From the NCBI RefSeq assembly GCF_009914755.1, contig NC_060927.1: 64,000 nt of DNA; one strand, given 5' to 3'. Positions 31,901 through 47,014 of this stretch are shown here, piece after piece (position 1 is the stretch's first letter; every line of letters begins with the position of its first letter). The DNA comes from the human T2T-CHM13v2.0 reference genome, Homo sapiens. Both the position numbers and the translations under genes were made by a program. Below the pieces are notes generated by a model. The model worked only from the letters and a program-made list of their open reading frames with translations, did no database searches and was not told the origin of the DNA.

Positions 31901-34179
31901 CTTGCCCAAGTTCGAAACTCTGCATCTGAATTTCATGCTAGGGATAAAACTTGATAGAAAAACTAATTCCAGGAGCTTTGATTGCTTTTAAAAAATGCCA
32001 ATTGCAACACTTAACATTAATTTAGTTTCCTGGTACATGTCTTGATTTGGGAGTGCAGTTCATCTTACCCTCCCCAGGGATTTGGATTCAAACTGGGGAG
32101 GGTAGAATGTGAATAATCTATCATTTTTGCTGTTTTTGTAAACGTTTTTTTAAAAAAATAGATTTTATAGCCTGCAGTTGACACACACACAATTTTCATC
32201 AAGGTTGAGACATTATGAATTTAATCTGACAGCCACCTATTTTAAAGAAAATTAGTTGTATATGCTCTGTAACAAGTTTTGGGTAAATAATAACATATAT
32301 TTCTACCTGCATGTGTATGCACACATACCTACTCATGTTGTATCTCATTCCTGAAGGATTTCCAGCTTCTCTGCCCAGTTTGCCTGGCATTGTTTTTCTT
32401 AAACCTGGCAATGCCACACCAAAGGGATGTGATGCCTTTTTAACTGCTGTCAGCAACACTCAAATGGTCAGGGCAGGAAGTAATGTGTGCAGTATCTTTC
32501 TTTAATTCCAGTAGAATCATATTAAGGCTAAGATTTAATTAGCTAAATTGGAGTTTGTATGTGAATAGAAAAACTAACATTTCTATTATTGTAAAAACAT
32601 GCCCAAGGACATATAGCAATTGGATAAAAGCTGCTATGCTTGTGTGGCATTTTGTAGTTATGAGATAGCTTCTTAGAATTATTACAAATAAAAATAAATA
32701 TCCAATACATTTATCTATTTCTTGAAGATTATTGTGCCTATGTGAAGTACTTCTCTGTCTGTGGTCTGGCTTTTAAACCTTGCTTTTCCAGCTTACTGTC
32801 TTCTAGAATTAAGTTCGCTAAACTATGTTTTCATCACTATCCGAAGACATGATTTTATGAGTCTTTTAACAATGACTTTCCAGACTATCTCTGTAGATTC
32901 CACTTTGAGGTTGCCAAATAGCTATATCACTGAAAACTTTGGTATGTATCAAATGTTTCCATTTTAAATTATCTCCTCAACCATGTGATTTCAGAGATTT
33001 TGGTAGTCAACTGACTCCTAACATTTTGTGTCTGAAAATTAAGTGTATTGCTAACAGAACCCATCAGTGAATAAAGAATTTGTATTTGTTTCTTTTTATT
33101 ACACATGCCAGCGCAAAGAAAAGCATTCTTTTATAAAGTGAACTCTCCCCCTTTGTTTATTGGGAATTTTTCATTTTCATAGTTTCTCTCAAAGCGAAGA
33201 AATCCAAGAATATTTTTGCAACAAACAATAGAATGAGGACTGAAGGTGTTCCTAGGAAACATTTTAACATTTCAGTTCATTTTAAAGGGATTGAGTTTGT
33301 TTTTAAAATTGTTTGTTAGGAATAAGAAAATTGGATTAAATGCCAAAGAATGGTAAAAGAATGCTGTGAGGTGACATTAATTTAGAACAGAAAATGTAAT
33401 TGCCAGGAAGAAATGGCAGAGTGCATCTTTGTCACAAGCTGATGGGGGCATTACTTTTGAAGTAGCTCTAAAAGACGAGCCTCATATAAAGTCACTGGAT
33501 CAACATATCTCCCAGCTAAATAAGGCTAGGGCCAGCCGGCACCGTATGATGTGAAGGCCTGTATGCCCCTTTAGCAAAGCTACATTAACCAAGGAAGCTG
33601 AGCCTTGAAAGTAGCTTTCACAGGCTACCTACTCACAGAAATTCTCAGAGAAGTAATTTTCATTTAGAAATGAGAAAGTTACTGGAGTTATTACAAATGC
33701 TCATCATCACCTCCCCACTCCAAGCCCCCCAAAAAGTGAAAAATGATTTGAATCTACCCTGTTAACATTCAGCTCAAGTTGAACTTGAAGCCATTAGCTA
33801 TGTGACTATATAGAATATCTGACGGTATCAGATCTTTGGAGGTTCTCCTAACCCCACAAGAGTGTGGCTCAACGGGTGTTTCACATTCCCTGTGTGTTAG
33901 TCCACACTAAGGAAACGGCCCAGGGAACTCACCGGATTCTCTTTTCCAGTCTTGCCATTAAGACTGCAATGGAAACTCAGTTTAAAATGATAGAATTACT
34001 TGTCATTCACCTAATCTCTCTGAACGTTATTTTCTTCTTTGGTAAAGTGAAGATAAACCCACATACCCTACTTTTTCATAAGAGTGTTGCGGTTTAAAAG
34101 AAAAAGGCAAGTAATGTGAAGTGAACATTTGGCATAATCTGGCCCCTATAAGCACATTCTATGAATTGTCCCACCAAAT

Positions 34180-34320
34180 CCTCATAATGACCTTAGGAAA
34201 CAGGTACAGAGATAAAACTGAGGCTTAGAGAAGGTCAATACCTGGCCCAAACCATATCTGTTAAGTGGCAGAGCCAAGATTTGAGCTGTCTGACTTCAGA
34301 CTACTAAACTATTCTACCTC
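34180..34320. mobile_element. MIR
   Basis: aaactgaggcttagagaagg...gtggcagagccaagattt. Confidence 0.7.
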
Positions 34321-34412
34321 TAATATAACATATATGAAAACAACTATCAAATGGTAAAGTCCTAGGCAAACATCAGATCTCACTATCATTAAAACTTTTC
34401 TCTGAATCTTTA

Positions 34413-34714
<302 letters not shown>

Positions 34715-35494
34715 TTATATATGTGTGTGTTCATATATCAGTTTTAAAGTTTCCATTTTTGTTGATTTTGGTGAGGGCAAGATGTTTTTATGCAGATTTT
34801 TTTATGATAGTAATATATGCCAGTAATATATGGTCAGTGAAGAAAATACAGAAAAGTCTAGATTAAAAGAAGAAAACGTGATAGCTAAGTCAAACCTAAA
34901 AGCATGTTGAATAAGCAGCAACCCACATTTCTCCCCCAAAAAGTAAGGTCATTATAACAATTCTCAGAGGAAGAATAAAATATATTAGCACCATGCACAC
35001 ATCGTTCACACTGTGATATTTATTAAAGGAGGGTCAGGCGACATATTGACTATAGCAAGTTGTCATAGCTTGTCAGCTATAATTAGAAAAAAAAAGAATT
35101 GTAAGAAAAATTAAATGAATAGATTAGCCACAAAATGCTTGGCAGAGGTAAGATTTGGCAGATACCTCAAGACTCTAAATTTGCTGACATTACTAAAGAT
35201 TCATTTCTAGAAAATCCAGATGTAGAAGAAAGATTCCCATAGTGCAACAGTTTGCACAGTTTGCATAGGGTGCTTTAGAATATATTTATTTATTGAGACT
35301 GATTTGAGTATTGATTCTGGCAAATGTTCATTTTGGAACTACAGCAAAGGGTCAGAGAATTCCTAAAATTCAGAGTTGTACCTTGGACTTTAGAGGGACA
35401 TTTGAGGCAGAAATGTGAGTAGAATGCAGGAGACTGGACTCTGAACATGAGAGGCTCTCATTTAAAAGATTATTACTAGAAATGAGCAGTCAGG

Positions 35495-36123
35495 TGGGAC
35501 TGTAAACTAGTTCAACCCTTGTGGAAGTCAGTGTGGCGATTCCTCAGGGATCTAGAACTAGAAACACCATTTGACCCAGCCATCCCATTACTGGGTATAT
35601 ACCCAAACGACTATAAATCATGCTGCTATAAAGACACATGCACACGTATGTTTATTGTGGCACTATTCACAATAGCAAAGACTTGGAACCAACCCAAATG
35701 TCCAACAATGATAGACTGGATTAAGAAAATGTGGTACATATACACCATGGAATACTATGCGGCCATAAAAAATGATGAGTTCATGTCCTCTGTAGGGACA
35801 TGGATGAAATTGGAAATCATCATTCTCAGTAAACTATCGCAAGAACAAAAAACCGAACACCGCATATTCTCACTCATAGGTGGGAATTGAACAATGAGAA
35901 CACATGGACACAGGAAGGCGAACATCACACTCTGGGGACTGTTGTGGGGTGAGGGGAGGGGGGAGGGATAGCTTTAGGAGATATACCTAATGCTAAATAA
36001 CGAGTTAATGGGTGCAGCACACCAGCATGGCACATGTGTACATATGTAACTAACCTGCACATTGTGCACATGTACCCTAAAACTTAAAGTATAATAATAA
36101 TAAAATAAAATAATAAAAAAAAA
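35495..36123 (+). mobile_element. 5'-truncated young L1PA (L1PA2-4-like), ORF2 C-terminus plus 3'UTR
   Basis: ORF 35519-35890 ends HRIFSLIGGN*; G-rich 3'UTR, A tail; 17-bp perfect TSD AGAAATGAGCAGTCAGG (35478-35494, 36124-36140); GAG rather than Ta-diagnostic ACA. Confidence 0.97.
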
Positions 36124-36395
36124 AGAAATGAGCAGTCAGGAATGTCTGTTTCTGTGCTTTTAGTAATTGTTGGAAAGAAGAAATCTAAGACGTAAGCCAT
36201 GAGATTCCAAAGAGCAGAAAAAGAATCCAGGGAGCCCATTAGGTAAGATATTCAGAGATGAAAAAATCTCACCATGACTTCAAATATATGTGCCCCTCAC
36301 CCCATTCCTCCTGAAAACCAAGGTGTTTTGTCATTTCTGTGCTGTATTGATTTCCCTTCTAATTTCAACTGCCCTCACACCTGAGGGGAGCAACA

Positions 36396-36515
36396 TTTTT
36401 TTTTCTTTTTAGGTTAGATGGATAATGTGCCGATGTGGGAACAAGGTTCAGAGGGTGGCACATCTCACACATGTCATGAACACCCAATCATCATGCTCAT
36501 GAACTATAGAAGAAT
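36396..36515 (-). pseudogene. U13 snoRNA (SNORD13) retro-pseudogene with A tail
   Basis: Minus strand reads ATTCTTCTATAGTTCATGAGCATGATGATTGGGTGTTCA...GTGTGAGATGTGCCACCC...CACATTATCCATCTAACC + A tract; resembles U13, box D CTGA changed to CTAA. Confidence 0.9.
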
Positions 36516-36932
36516 CAGAGAAATGGCATTTTCCAATTGCTTCCCTAGACAGGCTGTTACCTGTAAGACCCGTCCCCAGATCCAGAGGCTGCAATGAACC
36601 CTCTGAAACCACTGCTTTGTCATTCAGTTATCCTAGCCTTTCTCTGTATCACCTCTGCTTCCCTCTATGGCATCTTCAGCCACTAACTCAGGAAAGAAAA
36701 GTTCCAGAAAAAAAAAAAAAGATTGGTGTGAAACACACACACAAACACCCCACACCTTCAAAGTGTCCCCAGTGACAAGTTAAGCAGTCGTCCGAGATTA
36801 TGTAAAAAATTCCTGAATCCTTTAAGTCCTGTCCTTTATTCCTTTCTAAGCATGAATAATCCAGTTCTCTGATTCCTGGAAAATTATAGGCAATATGTAG
36901 AAGGAGAGAAAAAAACTGACTAGTCTCTTTCA

Positions 36933-37308
<376 letters not shown>

Positions 37309-37832
37309 TTAATATGCACTTAAATATTACATGCAAGGGAACGTACATTTTGTCACCCACACAAAATAATTTGCTGAAAAAATAGAGACAAAGTCATTCC
37401 CTCAAGCATAGAAGGTGCTTAATAAATTCGTTAATTACAAAAAAAAAAAAAAAAAAAAATCCACAAACCGTAGAATGAAATAATTAGGAAAGGATTAATG
37501 TATTTTATTATACATGAGCCGGAGTAATTTGATTTTATACCAGTTTTATTTTCCTTTTTAAAAAATGCATTTTCAATTTTCATTTCTCACATGTAGGCTT
37601 CATGAAGAACCACTAAAAAGGAATCAGAGAGATTCATGCTTCCCAGGCAACAAAATCAGCAAACAGTGAAAGGCAAACTAGGTGTTGATGGTTATAAACA
37701 GAAATAAATTATAATCCCTGCTTTTGTTGCTTTGCCACAGAATCATCACCTGCTGCCCACCATTACATTAATTCTCGTCCCTCATACCAGCAACTTCACA
37801 GCTGCCCTGTCTCCTTCCACCTTAGTCCAATG

Positions 37833-37945
37833 ATTTTTTTGGGGGGGCGGGGGGAGAGATGGGGTCTCGCTATATTGCCCAGGCTGGTCTCGAACTCCTG
37901 GGCTCCAGTCATCTCACCTCAGCCTCCCAAAGTGTTGGGATTATT
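37833..37945 (-). mobile_element. Alu monomer fragment
   Basis: gagatggggtctcgc...cccaaagtgttgggatta. Confidence 0.85.
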
Positions 37946-39699
37946 GTTAAGTTACCTCAAGTAGGCTGTTTCATTATTGTGCAAGCAAGCCCAAAAATGT
38001 ACTATTTTGAGAGAATAGAACATTTAAATAAGCATAGCCTTTAAATCATCCAACCTTCTAGTCCCAATTTTAATTCACCCATTTCCTTATTCTTAGAAAA
38101 AATTCACATATGGGTCAATCATGTCATACAAGAAAGTAACTCAATGCTCACATTTCATAAACTTTAAAAAAAAATGGAGATTTTCTCAGTAATGCTTTTT
38201 TTCCTTCTTTTAGATTATTAATAAAAACCTCTACATTTACTGAGGAAGTATTTAAAATTAATTTTGACTTCATGTATTTGCATTTATACGTGTTGCTATT
38301 TATGGGCAAAAACTATTCAATGTACAATTAGTGATATTTTTCCCCAAGGGATGAGTTCATGTTTCCACTGAAGAAATTAAACACACACTTTTGATGTATT
38401 CACTCTAATTTCAGGATCGATATTCTGAAGAATAAAAATACCCTGTCCAAAACTTGGAGAGTTACTTTGATTTCTTTTTTAATTTCAATTTCATATGTCA
38501 GCTCCACCCAAGACTAAGTTCTGCTCCAGGTTCTGATAGTACTGAAATTGCTTTCTCTTTTTCCTAGAGTACGACATAATTCTTACCTAAATGTCAGATA
38601 GTCATGGTATTCTTATAAATACCCTTGTTTACAGTAAACTTAATGTATGTTTGGAAAATAATTCATTAAACACTGTAAAATGCTAGTGTTGACGACTTCC
38701 TTGTCAACACTAGAAGAGTGAAAGAGCTGATTTAGGATTTGGCCATTTGTAGTGACGACCTAGCAAAATAATTAAGAAAAAACTATTCAACGTTCCCGTT
38801 CCATTGATTTCATTTACAGAATGCCAGCTGGTTCCAGTGCTTCTCCGTTTAAATGAATACTAATTTCAAGCTTTTCGAACAGACCTTGCTTAAGGAAAGT
38901 CAGGAATACAACATCAGCAAGTTATCCAGCATCAAGTGCAGGCTGCGTGCCTGATGTTTGCAACTGACTCATGAGATTCTGGTGTCTCAAGGATATCTAT
39001 TTGATATCTTATTCTCAGCTATATAATCTTCCAGATTAAATTGCACCAGAAATAATCTGTGTACACCCCACAGAGAGTAAATAATTAGACATATCTCTGC
39101 TCTTCCCTTTTTCCACTCTTGCACATGACTTTGCATGTAATTATGTAAAACCTGCAGGCCTGATATTTTCATTATAATCCTGCAATTACAATTATATAAC
39201 CAGCTTGCTGTTTCCAATTAAAAATATTTTTTTAAGCGACAAAACTGCCCTACAATGAATGCAACTTATGGTGAAGTTTCCCAGCGATCACACTGGGGAA
39301 TTCAGAAGCAGAGCTAAAACACTTTCTTCCAACTCTCTGCCCAGTTGATCCATTTATCCCTTTAAAATACATTATGTAGAATCAAAAAATATTTCTGGTC
39401 TGAGTATATGGAGGTTCCCTGGGATTTAGGGGATTTCGCTTGAAATAGATTTTTTTTTTCCACAAGATTTCAGCTTTTGCAGAATTAGCTCTGATATGAA
39501 TAATATTTTCACATCATTTCAAACGCATTTAAATTTCTGAAGGTGTTGCTTAAGGAAGCAACCAATGCAAACTTTGTTAACAGGAAAAACCATGTTTAAA
39601 ATAAAAAATTAAGCACGGCAGGTACCTAAAAGGAGCCTAAAAACAGAAACAGCATGGAACATTTCTAAGAGTTGGAACGTGTAAAAATATGTATGTTAA

Positions 39700-40760
39700 A
39701 AAAAAAAAGTTCAGAAATAGATCCAAATATATGTGGGATAAAAATTGCATTATAAATCAGAGTGGAATGAAAATAGGGATAGTTCAATATTTGATACTGA
39801 GCTACCTGGGCAGCATTCTAGGGGAAAGCCTGTCTTACACCAGGCCAAATTTCAAATGAATAAAAAATGTAAAGGTCAACACCAAAAGCTACCCAAGATC
39901 TAGGAGAAAAACAGGATACTTTCTTAATGACCTTGAATATGGTAGACCTTTTCAACTATGAGTCAAATCCAAAAGCCGTAAGAGAAAATACTGGTAAATT
40001 CAGGTACATAAAAATAAAATTTATTTTACATTTTATTTTTAAAAATAAAATTTATTTTACATTTTATTTTTAAAAATAAAATTTTACATTTTATTTTTAA
40101 AAATAAAATTTTACATTTTATTTTTAAAAATAAAATTTATTTTATATAAGATGAGATAAAAATATTTGTAATTCATACTAATAAAGGTCTTATCTTCCTA
40201 CTACAGAGGAGCTTAAGTTGAGAAGAAAAACACAAACAGCCCAAAAGAAAATCATACAAGAGGAAAACAATGGGAAAAATTAGATACCATTTTTCTTCAT
40301 TTGTTCACACACACAAAAAAAGTTTGATGACACCAAGTGGAAAATATTGTTATGTATTACTGTTAAATGCATTAAGTTACTATAAACTTTATGTGTAGGG
40401 CATTTTGGCAGTATCTACAAAATTACTAATTATTCCTTTGGCTAGCAATTCTACCTCCACGGATATATTTGTGAAATGACCCTACATAAGATTATTCACT
40501 ACAGAAATGTTTGTTGGAAACAACACAAATATTCGTCAACTGGAGACTAGTTAAATAAATTATGGTAGCTCCATATAGTGGAATACTATACAGCTATAAA
40601 TAAGGAGAAAGGGAAAGGGTCCATGTACTGACTTAGAAAGATCTCCAAGAAATAAATAAAATTAAGTGGGTGGTGGGGAAGCAACGGCACAACAGTGTCT
40701 GCAGTATGCTACCTTTTGCGTAAAAAGAGACAAGAAAAACTACACTGATTTGTATCAACC
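39700..40760 (+). mobile_element. Highly diverged L1 (L1M) fragments
   Basis: A-rich; gttaaataaattatggta...gtggaatactatacagc. Confidence 0.65.
40009..40144. repeat. AT-rich palindromic minisatellite (27-31-bp unit)
   Basis: Four copies of ATTTTATTTTTAAAAATAAAAT at 40030, 40061, 40088, 40115. Confidence 0.95.
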
Positions 40761-40835
40761 CAATACTACCTAGGAAAAAAGATTTGTTGGTATGTGCTAA
40801 ACAAACTATGCTTACATATACACATAATAACATCA

Positions 40836-41149
40836 GGACCAGGTGTGGTGGCTCATACCTATAATCCCAGCACTTTGAGAGGCCAACCGGGGGAGGATGG
40901 TTTGAGCCCAGGAATTTGAGACCAGCCTAGGCAACACAATAACACCCCATCCCTTAAAAAATTAAAATAAAAATTAGCTGGGCATGGTGGTGTGCACCTG
41001 TAGTTCCAACTACTCAGTAGGCTGAGGTGGAAGGATCACTTGAGCCTGGGAGGTTGAGGCTGCAGTGAGCCGTGATGGTGCTGCTGCACTCCAGCCTGGG
41101 CAATGGAGTGAGACCCTACCTCAAGAACAGAAAAAGAAAAAAGAAAAGA
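40836..41149 (+). mobile_element. AluJ
   Basis: Dimer with A-rich tail. Confidence 0.93.
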
Positions 41150-44100
41150 ACGTCAGGTGTGCAGCTGTCTGTGTGTGTCTAGGGTGGTTGGGAACTAGGT
41201 AGATGGGGTCAGGGTTGTGAAACAATTTTTAAATTTTCAATAATATGCATATTACCTGTTCAAAAATTAAATCAAAACCAATATTTTTCCCTAATCTAAG
41301 CCTAGATGATATTTACTTTACTTCTGATTATGTATCTCTTTAATGACACATTCTTTAAAATTATATGTTGTGCTAGAAATGTAAGATTAATTAGGTTTGG
41401 TTGAAATTCATTATTGAAAGAGTAGGTTACAAAAATTAATCATATTCTTGACACTTCTTACTCAATTTTGGCTTTCTTTGTATAATTCTTCTTTATACTT
41501 CTACTTCAAATATAACCCTTCTATGTTGCTTAGAAATCTGTGAGAACATTCACTGATCAAGGACCCTAACCTTGTCACTGAAGAATTTTAATCAATTTGA
41601 AGTTTTTATGAGCATATAAACGTGTTAAAGTTTTTTTTGTTAAAGTTTCATTCTTTATCACGTACATGAAGTTCTACTAAAGAAGTTAATTGGCCATCTG
41701 CATTTCTTATCTATTTTTCCTCTTAAAGTGGAATATAAAATCCTACTTTTATCCTAGGATGAAAAATCATTCCTTCAAGTGGTAAGATGTCTTCAGTGCA
41801 TGCAAGGATATTTTCCTGACTGTATAAGATTCTCACCAAACACCACCATATTTCTTTTAGAGATCTTTTACTTTGTATTTAACAAGAACTCTTTTTTTCT
41901 TTGACACGATTAAGGTTTTATTCCAGTTAATCGCAAACACAATTTAACCTTCAGGAGTTCCCTTTTAAAAAGTTTGCTCTTTCACTTCACTCATTATACA
42001 TCCTCAGCCCACCCTGTAGATGTATTTTGGAACACTTCACATAATTATTAAGTAATTGTATCATTTGTTCTTTCATGTTTGTCTTCTGGTAGCATTCAAG
42101 GATAGGAACCAAATCTCTCCTATTCACCGTAGTTACAGTCCCCATGCCCCAAGAAGTCTAATGAATTGTCTTGTACATAGTAAATTCTCAGTATGCAGTA
42201 TATTTGTTGAACAAATGAATTGCCTTTGTCTTAACATCTTAACGTCTATTAAAATTACAAGCTCCTTGAGATTAGAGACTGTTTCAAAGGAGTTGGTTTG
42301 GTATACAGCTAAAACAGTATAGAACCAAATTACATACTTAATTCATTTATCATGAATGAAGCAATCACACATCACTGGCAACAGTAATATTGACAGACCC
42401 ATAATCAACATCCTTGAAGTAACAGAACATTGCTGGCTTGACTAAAAATAATACAAATTTCAAATTATATTTTGTGTCAAATAATTCTGACAATTTTTTA
42501 TGCTTCACTGAGAATATTAACCTTTGCAATGAGGTGTTATCCACTTCCAAGATAGGTTCTACATGACCTATATGAAATAGAGTTTACCTCCAGTAGGCAG
42601 TCTTTTCATAAAGCCCAGCAAAATAGTGTGAGGGTTGGATACTAAAAGCATTTACAGTATGTACAAGTGGAAAAAGTGTATCATCCATTCAAAACTGTTT
42701 AATTTTCCTTGGGTTGTTATAATGACAACTTCCTTAACCTGATAACAGATTTTTAAAAATGTAATCATGTATTTATTTTATGGTTTGCACAAGATGTACC
42801 TTTAGTACATCCAGATTTTCATAACCCGTCAAACAGTTTTTCAGTATGTGTTATGGCAGGATATTCTAGAACTGCCAAGAAAAGTAAATTCACAGAGCTG
42901 CCTGCAATTCACTAACTATAACAAATTAGCATAAGCAGCTCCATTTTAGAAGGCACGGCTTTTACAAGTTACACAGAAAAATAATGTTGGGTTTGCATTT
43001 CTATCATTAAAAACTGCCCTTGCCATGAATGGTTACACTGTGAATATTAAACACAGCCCAGATAATTCAGTGTAGCTCGTCTGTTTGAGGTGGAGCTCCT
43101 TAATGAAACATTTGGTTATGATCTGAAGACTAACTAGGAAAACTAGCTAACAAGCACCTATTTTTACGGAATTTTTTCTACTTTAAAAAAAAAAAACGCA
43201 TATCAAATAAAACCTCTCAACACTTGTCAGCTCTCCTGTGAACATACCATATAAATGGACTGGCACCGGCTGCCAGAGAAAACGAAAGGCCAAATTACTC
43301 TCTCCCACCCATGCTGTGAAGTTCAGAGAGAAATCTGTCCTAGACCCAAACCACACAGATAGCATACAATGCACCATTTAGCAAGAATGAAAGAATGGAT
43401 AAAATTCTTCAGATTTCTCTGCACAATAGCAAAGATCTTATTTTGTTAGTCACCATCACAACTTAAAAGGCCTCTGGTGGTTGCTCACGGAACAAAACAA
43501 AGGTATTTTCAAATATCTAATTTGCTTAAGCTCTGTTCATTCTGGCCAAAACTCCAAAAGGCATAAAAACTGTGGCTGCAGGCTTACCTTATTCCAAACA
43601 TATCCGCAGTGCCGTCAGTTGCCAGTGTCATACTAAAGAGGTCTCATCAGTACCTAGAATAAATCAATCAAGGAAGTGAATTTAGAGTCTGGGTTTTGAT
43701 TCTGGGAAACATGAAACTGTTTATAACCATCCTGGGAATACTATTTTCGAGCAACCTGGGCAATATAGTGAGACCCTGCCTCAGAAAAAAAAAAACATAT
43801 CTTTTTACAGAACGGAATACACTATTGGCCAGCTTCGGAATTTTGTGAATGCAGCTGCTTGGAGGGCAGGACCTTCGTTCACCCCTTCCACTCCAACCCG
43901 TGGAGAAGGTTGAAGGGACTGTCAGTGCCAGCCTGCTTTATGGTGGGCGAGAGAGTGTGGGGATGGGGGCAGAGATGCAAACTAAATAAGGTTTAAAGAG
44001 AAATTAGAAGATGCCTGTCCTGCCATGGACCGTCACAAACAGGCTCTTATTTTTCTGTTGGACTCTAAACTTTAATTTACCCACGTATTCTCTCTTCCTC

Positions 44101-44408
44101 AAACTCAGAATGTTAGACTTACCCTTCACCCTCCCTCGTGCCTCCTCCCCAAGCACTTTCCCACAGGTATTCCCTATTGAAACACAGGTGGTTGCCCATG
44201 CTGGAAATTTGGAAATGTCCCAGTTACAGCCCTTTTCAATCAATCACCAAGTCCAGGTGAATCTACCTCTTTAATAACTTCAGTGTTTCCAGTTTTGTGC
44301 ATCCCTACAATGGCCACCTAATGCAGTCCATTCTGGTCTTTTTCTTGGATTTTGATAACAACTTCCTAAATTATCTTCCCACCTCCAAGTTGTTACCACT
44401 CCTTTCTG

Positions 44409-44787
<379 letters not shown>

Positions 44788-45765
44788 TGACATTCAGAGT
44801 CATCGTGTTTTTTCCCCATCTTATTTTGACCTCAGTTTACCTCTCTCGTTTTATCTTGAGCCTCTTCTGCGCACAAACACCAAAACGCTCTACTTTTTGG
44901 TTGCCTGAGAGCAGCGTACCAGATCAAAACCTGGGAACTTCGTATTTGTCCTTTTCTCTCTGCCAGGAATATCGTCCTCTCCATTTGCCCAATGAGCCCC
45001 ACCTCCTCAACATTTTTACCTCTGTGGAAATCCCTTCCTTCCAGAAGCCTCCACTCACTTCTGATGCCAAGGAGCTTCTGCGGCGCCCTGCACGCACCTT
45101 TACAGATGCAGGTGGCTGTTTCCTGTGTCAGACTGCAAGCTCCCGTGAGCTGGGTTCATTGCTCATCGTTGACTTGGCCTGGCAAATAATGACTTGGCCT
45201 GGTAAATAATGATTACACGAACAAATGTAACTAAGACATCCAGATACAATCTAATGCATTTCATGCAACTCGTGTAACCAAGTGAGGTTTTCCAGCTGTT
45301 TCAGCTTCTATTATAACTTACATTACAGAACTGGGGTGTCCCAAGCACCAGATTATAAGAATCACCTGAGTCACTTGACAAACTAACAGCATCCTGTCTC
45401 TTAAAGAGACACACGGGAAACTGGTAAAAGTGAATCTGAAGGAAAAAACTGGTGATCAGAACCAGGAATACACTTGTTTTTCACTGCATACCCTTTAGAT
45501 TTGCCTTGAGTTAAAAAAAAAAAAAGAAAAATACACACACAAACACTCTCTCTCTCATTTAAAATAAATATATTTACTTTATATATCTTATATATTCATA
45601 TATTGCTGGAAGAATACACAAGAAACCAACAACATTGAGCACCTCCAGGTAGGTGAATTGGGATACTGAGAGAACAAAGTTGGGATAGAGACTTTATAAT
45701 GACACTCTTTTATACCTTTTGGAATTTCCCATCATTTTAAATGTATGACCTGGTCAAAAAATTTA

Positions 45766-46084
<319 letters not shown>

Positions 46085-46365
46085 ACACAGATTTTCAGGC
46101 CCATCCCTGGATGTTCTGATTCATGAAGCTGGAAGTGGGGCCTAAAAAAATCTGTATTTTTAATAAATTCCCTGGGTAATACCTATGATCAGGTAAGTTT
46201 GAGGAACACTGTTAAGGTTGGACTTGATCTTAGAGATCATCTAATCCAGTAGTTCCCAAACCTGGGCATCATCCTTGACTTAATCAGAATGTCCAGGGAA
46301 GGGTCCAGGGAAACCAGTGCTTTAAAAAGTGCTCCCAGATGATTCCAATGCAGGCACTGGCTTGC
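46085..46365. mobile_element. MER5-family fragments
   Basis: ggggcctaaaaaaatctgtatttttaataaattccctgggt...; cagtagttcccaaacctgg. Confidence 0.6.
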
Positions 46366-46461
46366 AGCTTGCATTGAGACCCATGACAAGAGTGCCATCC
46401 ATCACCCAACCAATACACGAATTGCTTCTCAGTATCGTATGCACAGAAATGTCTCCATCAT

Positions 46462-47014
46462 TATTGCAGCTGGCCTTCAAAAGAGCCCTTGGCGACTCTC
46501 CCTTCCTGGTATTCATGCCTTTATGTAGTTTCCTCCCACACTGAGTAGGGCTCACCTGTAGAACCCATAGGATATTGTGGGAATGATGGAGCGTGGCTTC
46601 CAACACTAGGCTGTCAAAGATATTGTGGCTTCTGCCTTGTTCTCTCTTGGCTTGTCTGCTCTGGGGAAGCCAGCTGCCATGTTACGAGGATGCTCGGGGG
46701 CCACATGGTGAGCAACTGAGTCCTCCTGCCAATCACCAGCACTGACTTGCCAGTTACATGAGTAAACCCTGTTGAAAGTGGCTCCTCCAGTCCCAGGCAA
46801 GCCTTCAGTTGACTGCAGCCATGGCTGACATCTGGACTGCAATCTCATAAGAGATCCTGAGACAGAACCACCAAGCTGCATCACTCCTCCATTTCTGGCC
46901 CATTGAAACTGAGTGAAGTAGTAAATGCTTAATATTGTTTTAAACTGATAACAGGGTTTTTTGGGGGGAGGTGGGGTGCAGGAGATTGTCACACAGCCGT
47001 AGATAACTCATACA
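46462..47014 (+). mobile_element. MLT1 (F/G-like) LTR
   Basis: ctcccttcctggtattcatgcc...agataactcataca; 5-bp TSD ATCAT. Confidence 0.88.

Noticed and set aside
35519-35890. Intact 123-aa ORF
   Set aside because: C-terminus of L1 ORF2 in a 5'-truncated copy without a promoter
45171-45212. 20-bp tandem duplication GACTTGGCCTGG(C/T)AAATAAT, and a 23-bp one near 23647
   Set aside because: Ordinary slippage duplications with two copies and no spacers; not CRISPR-like
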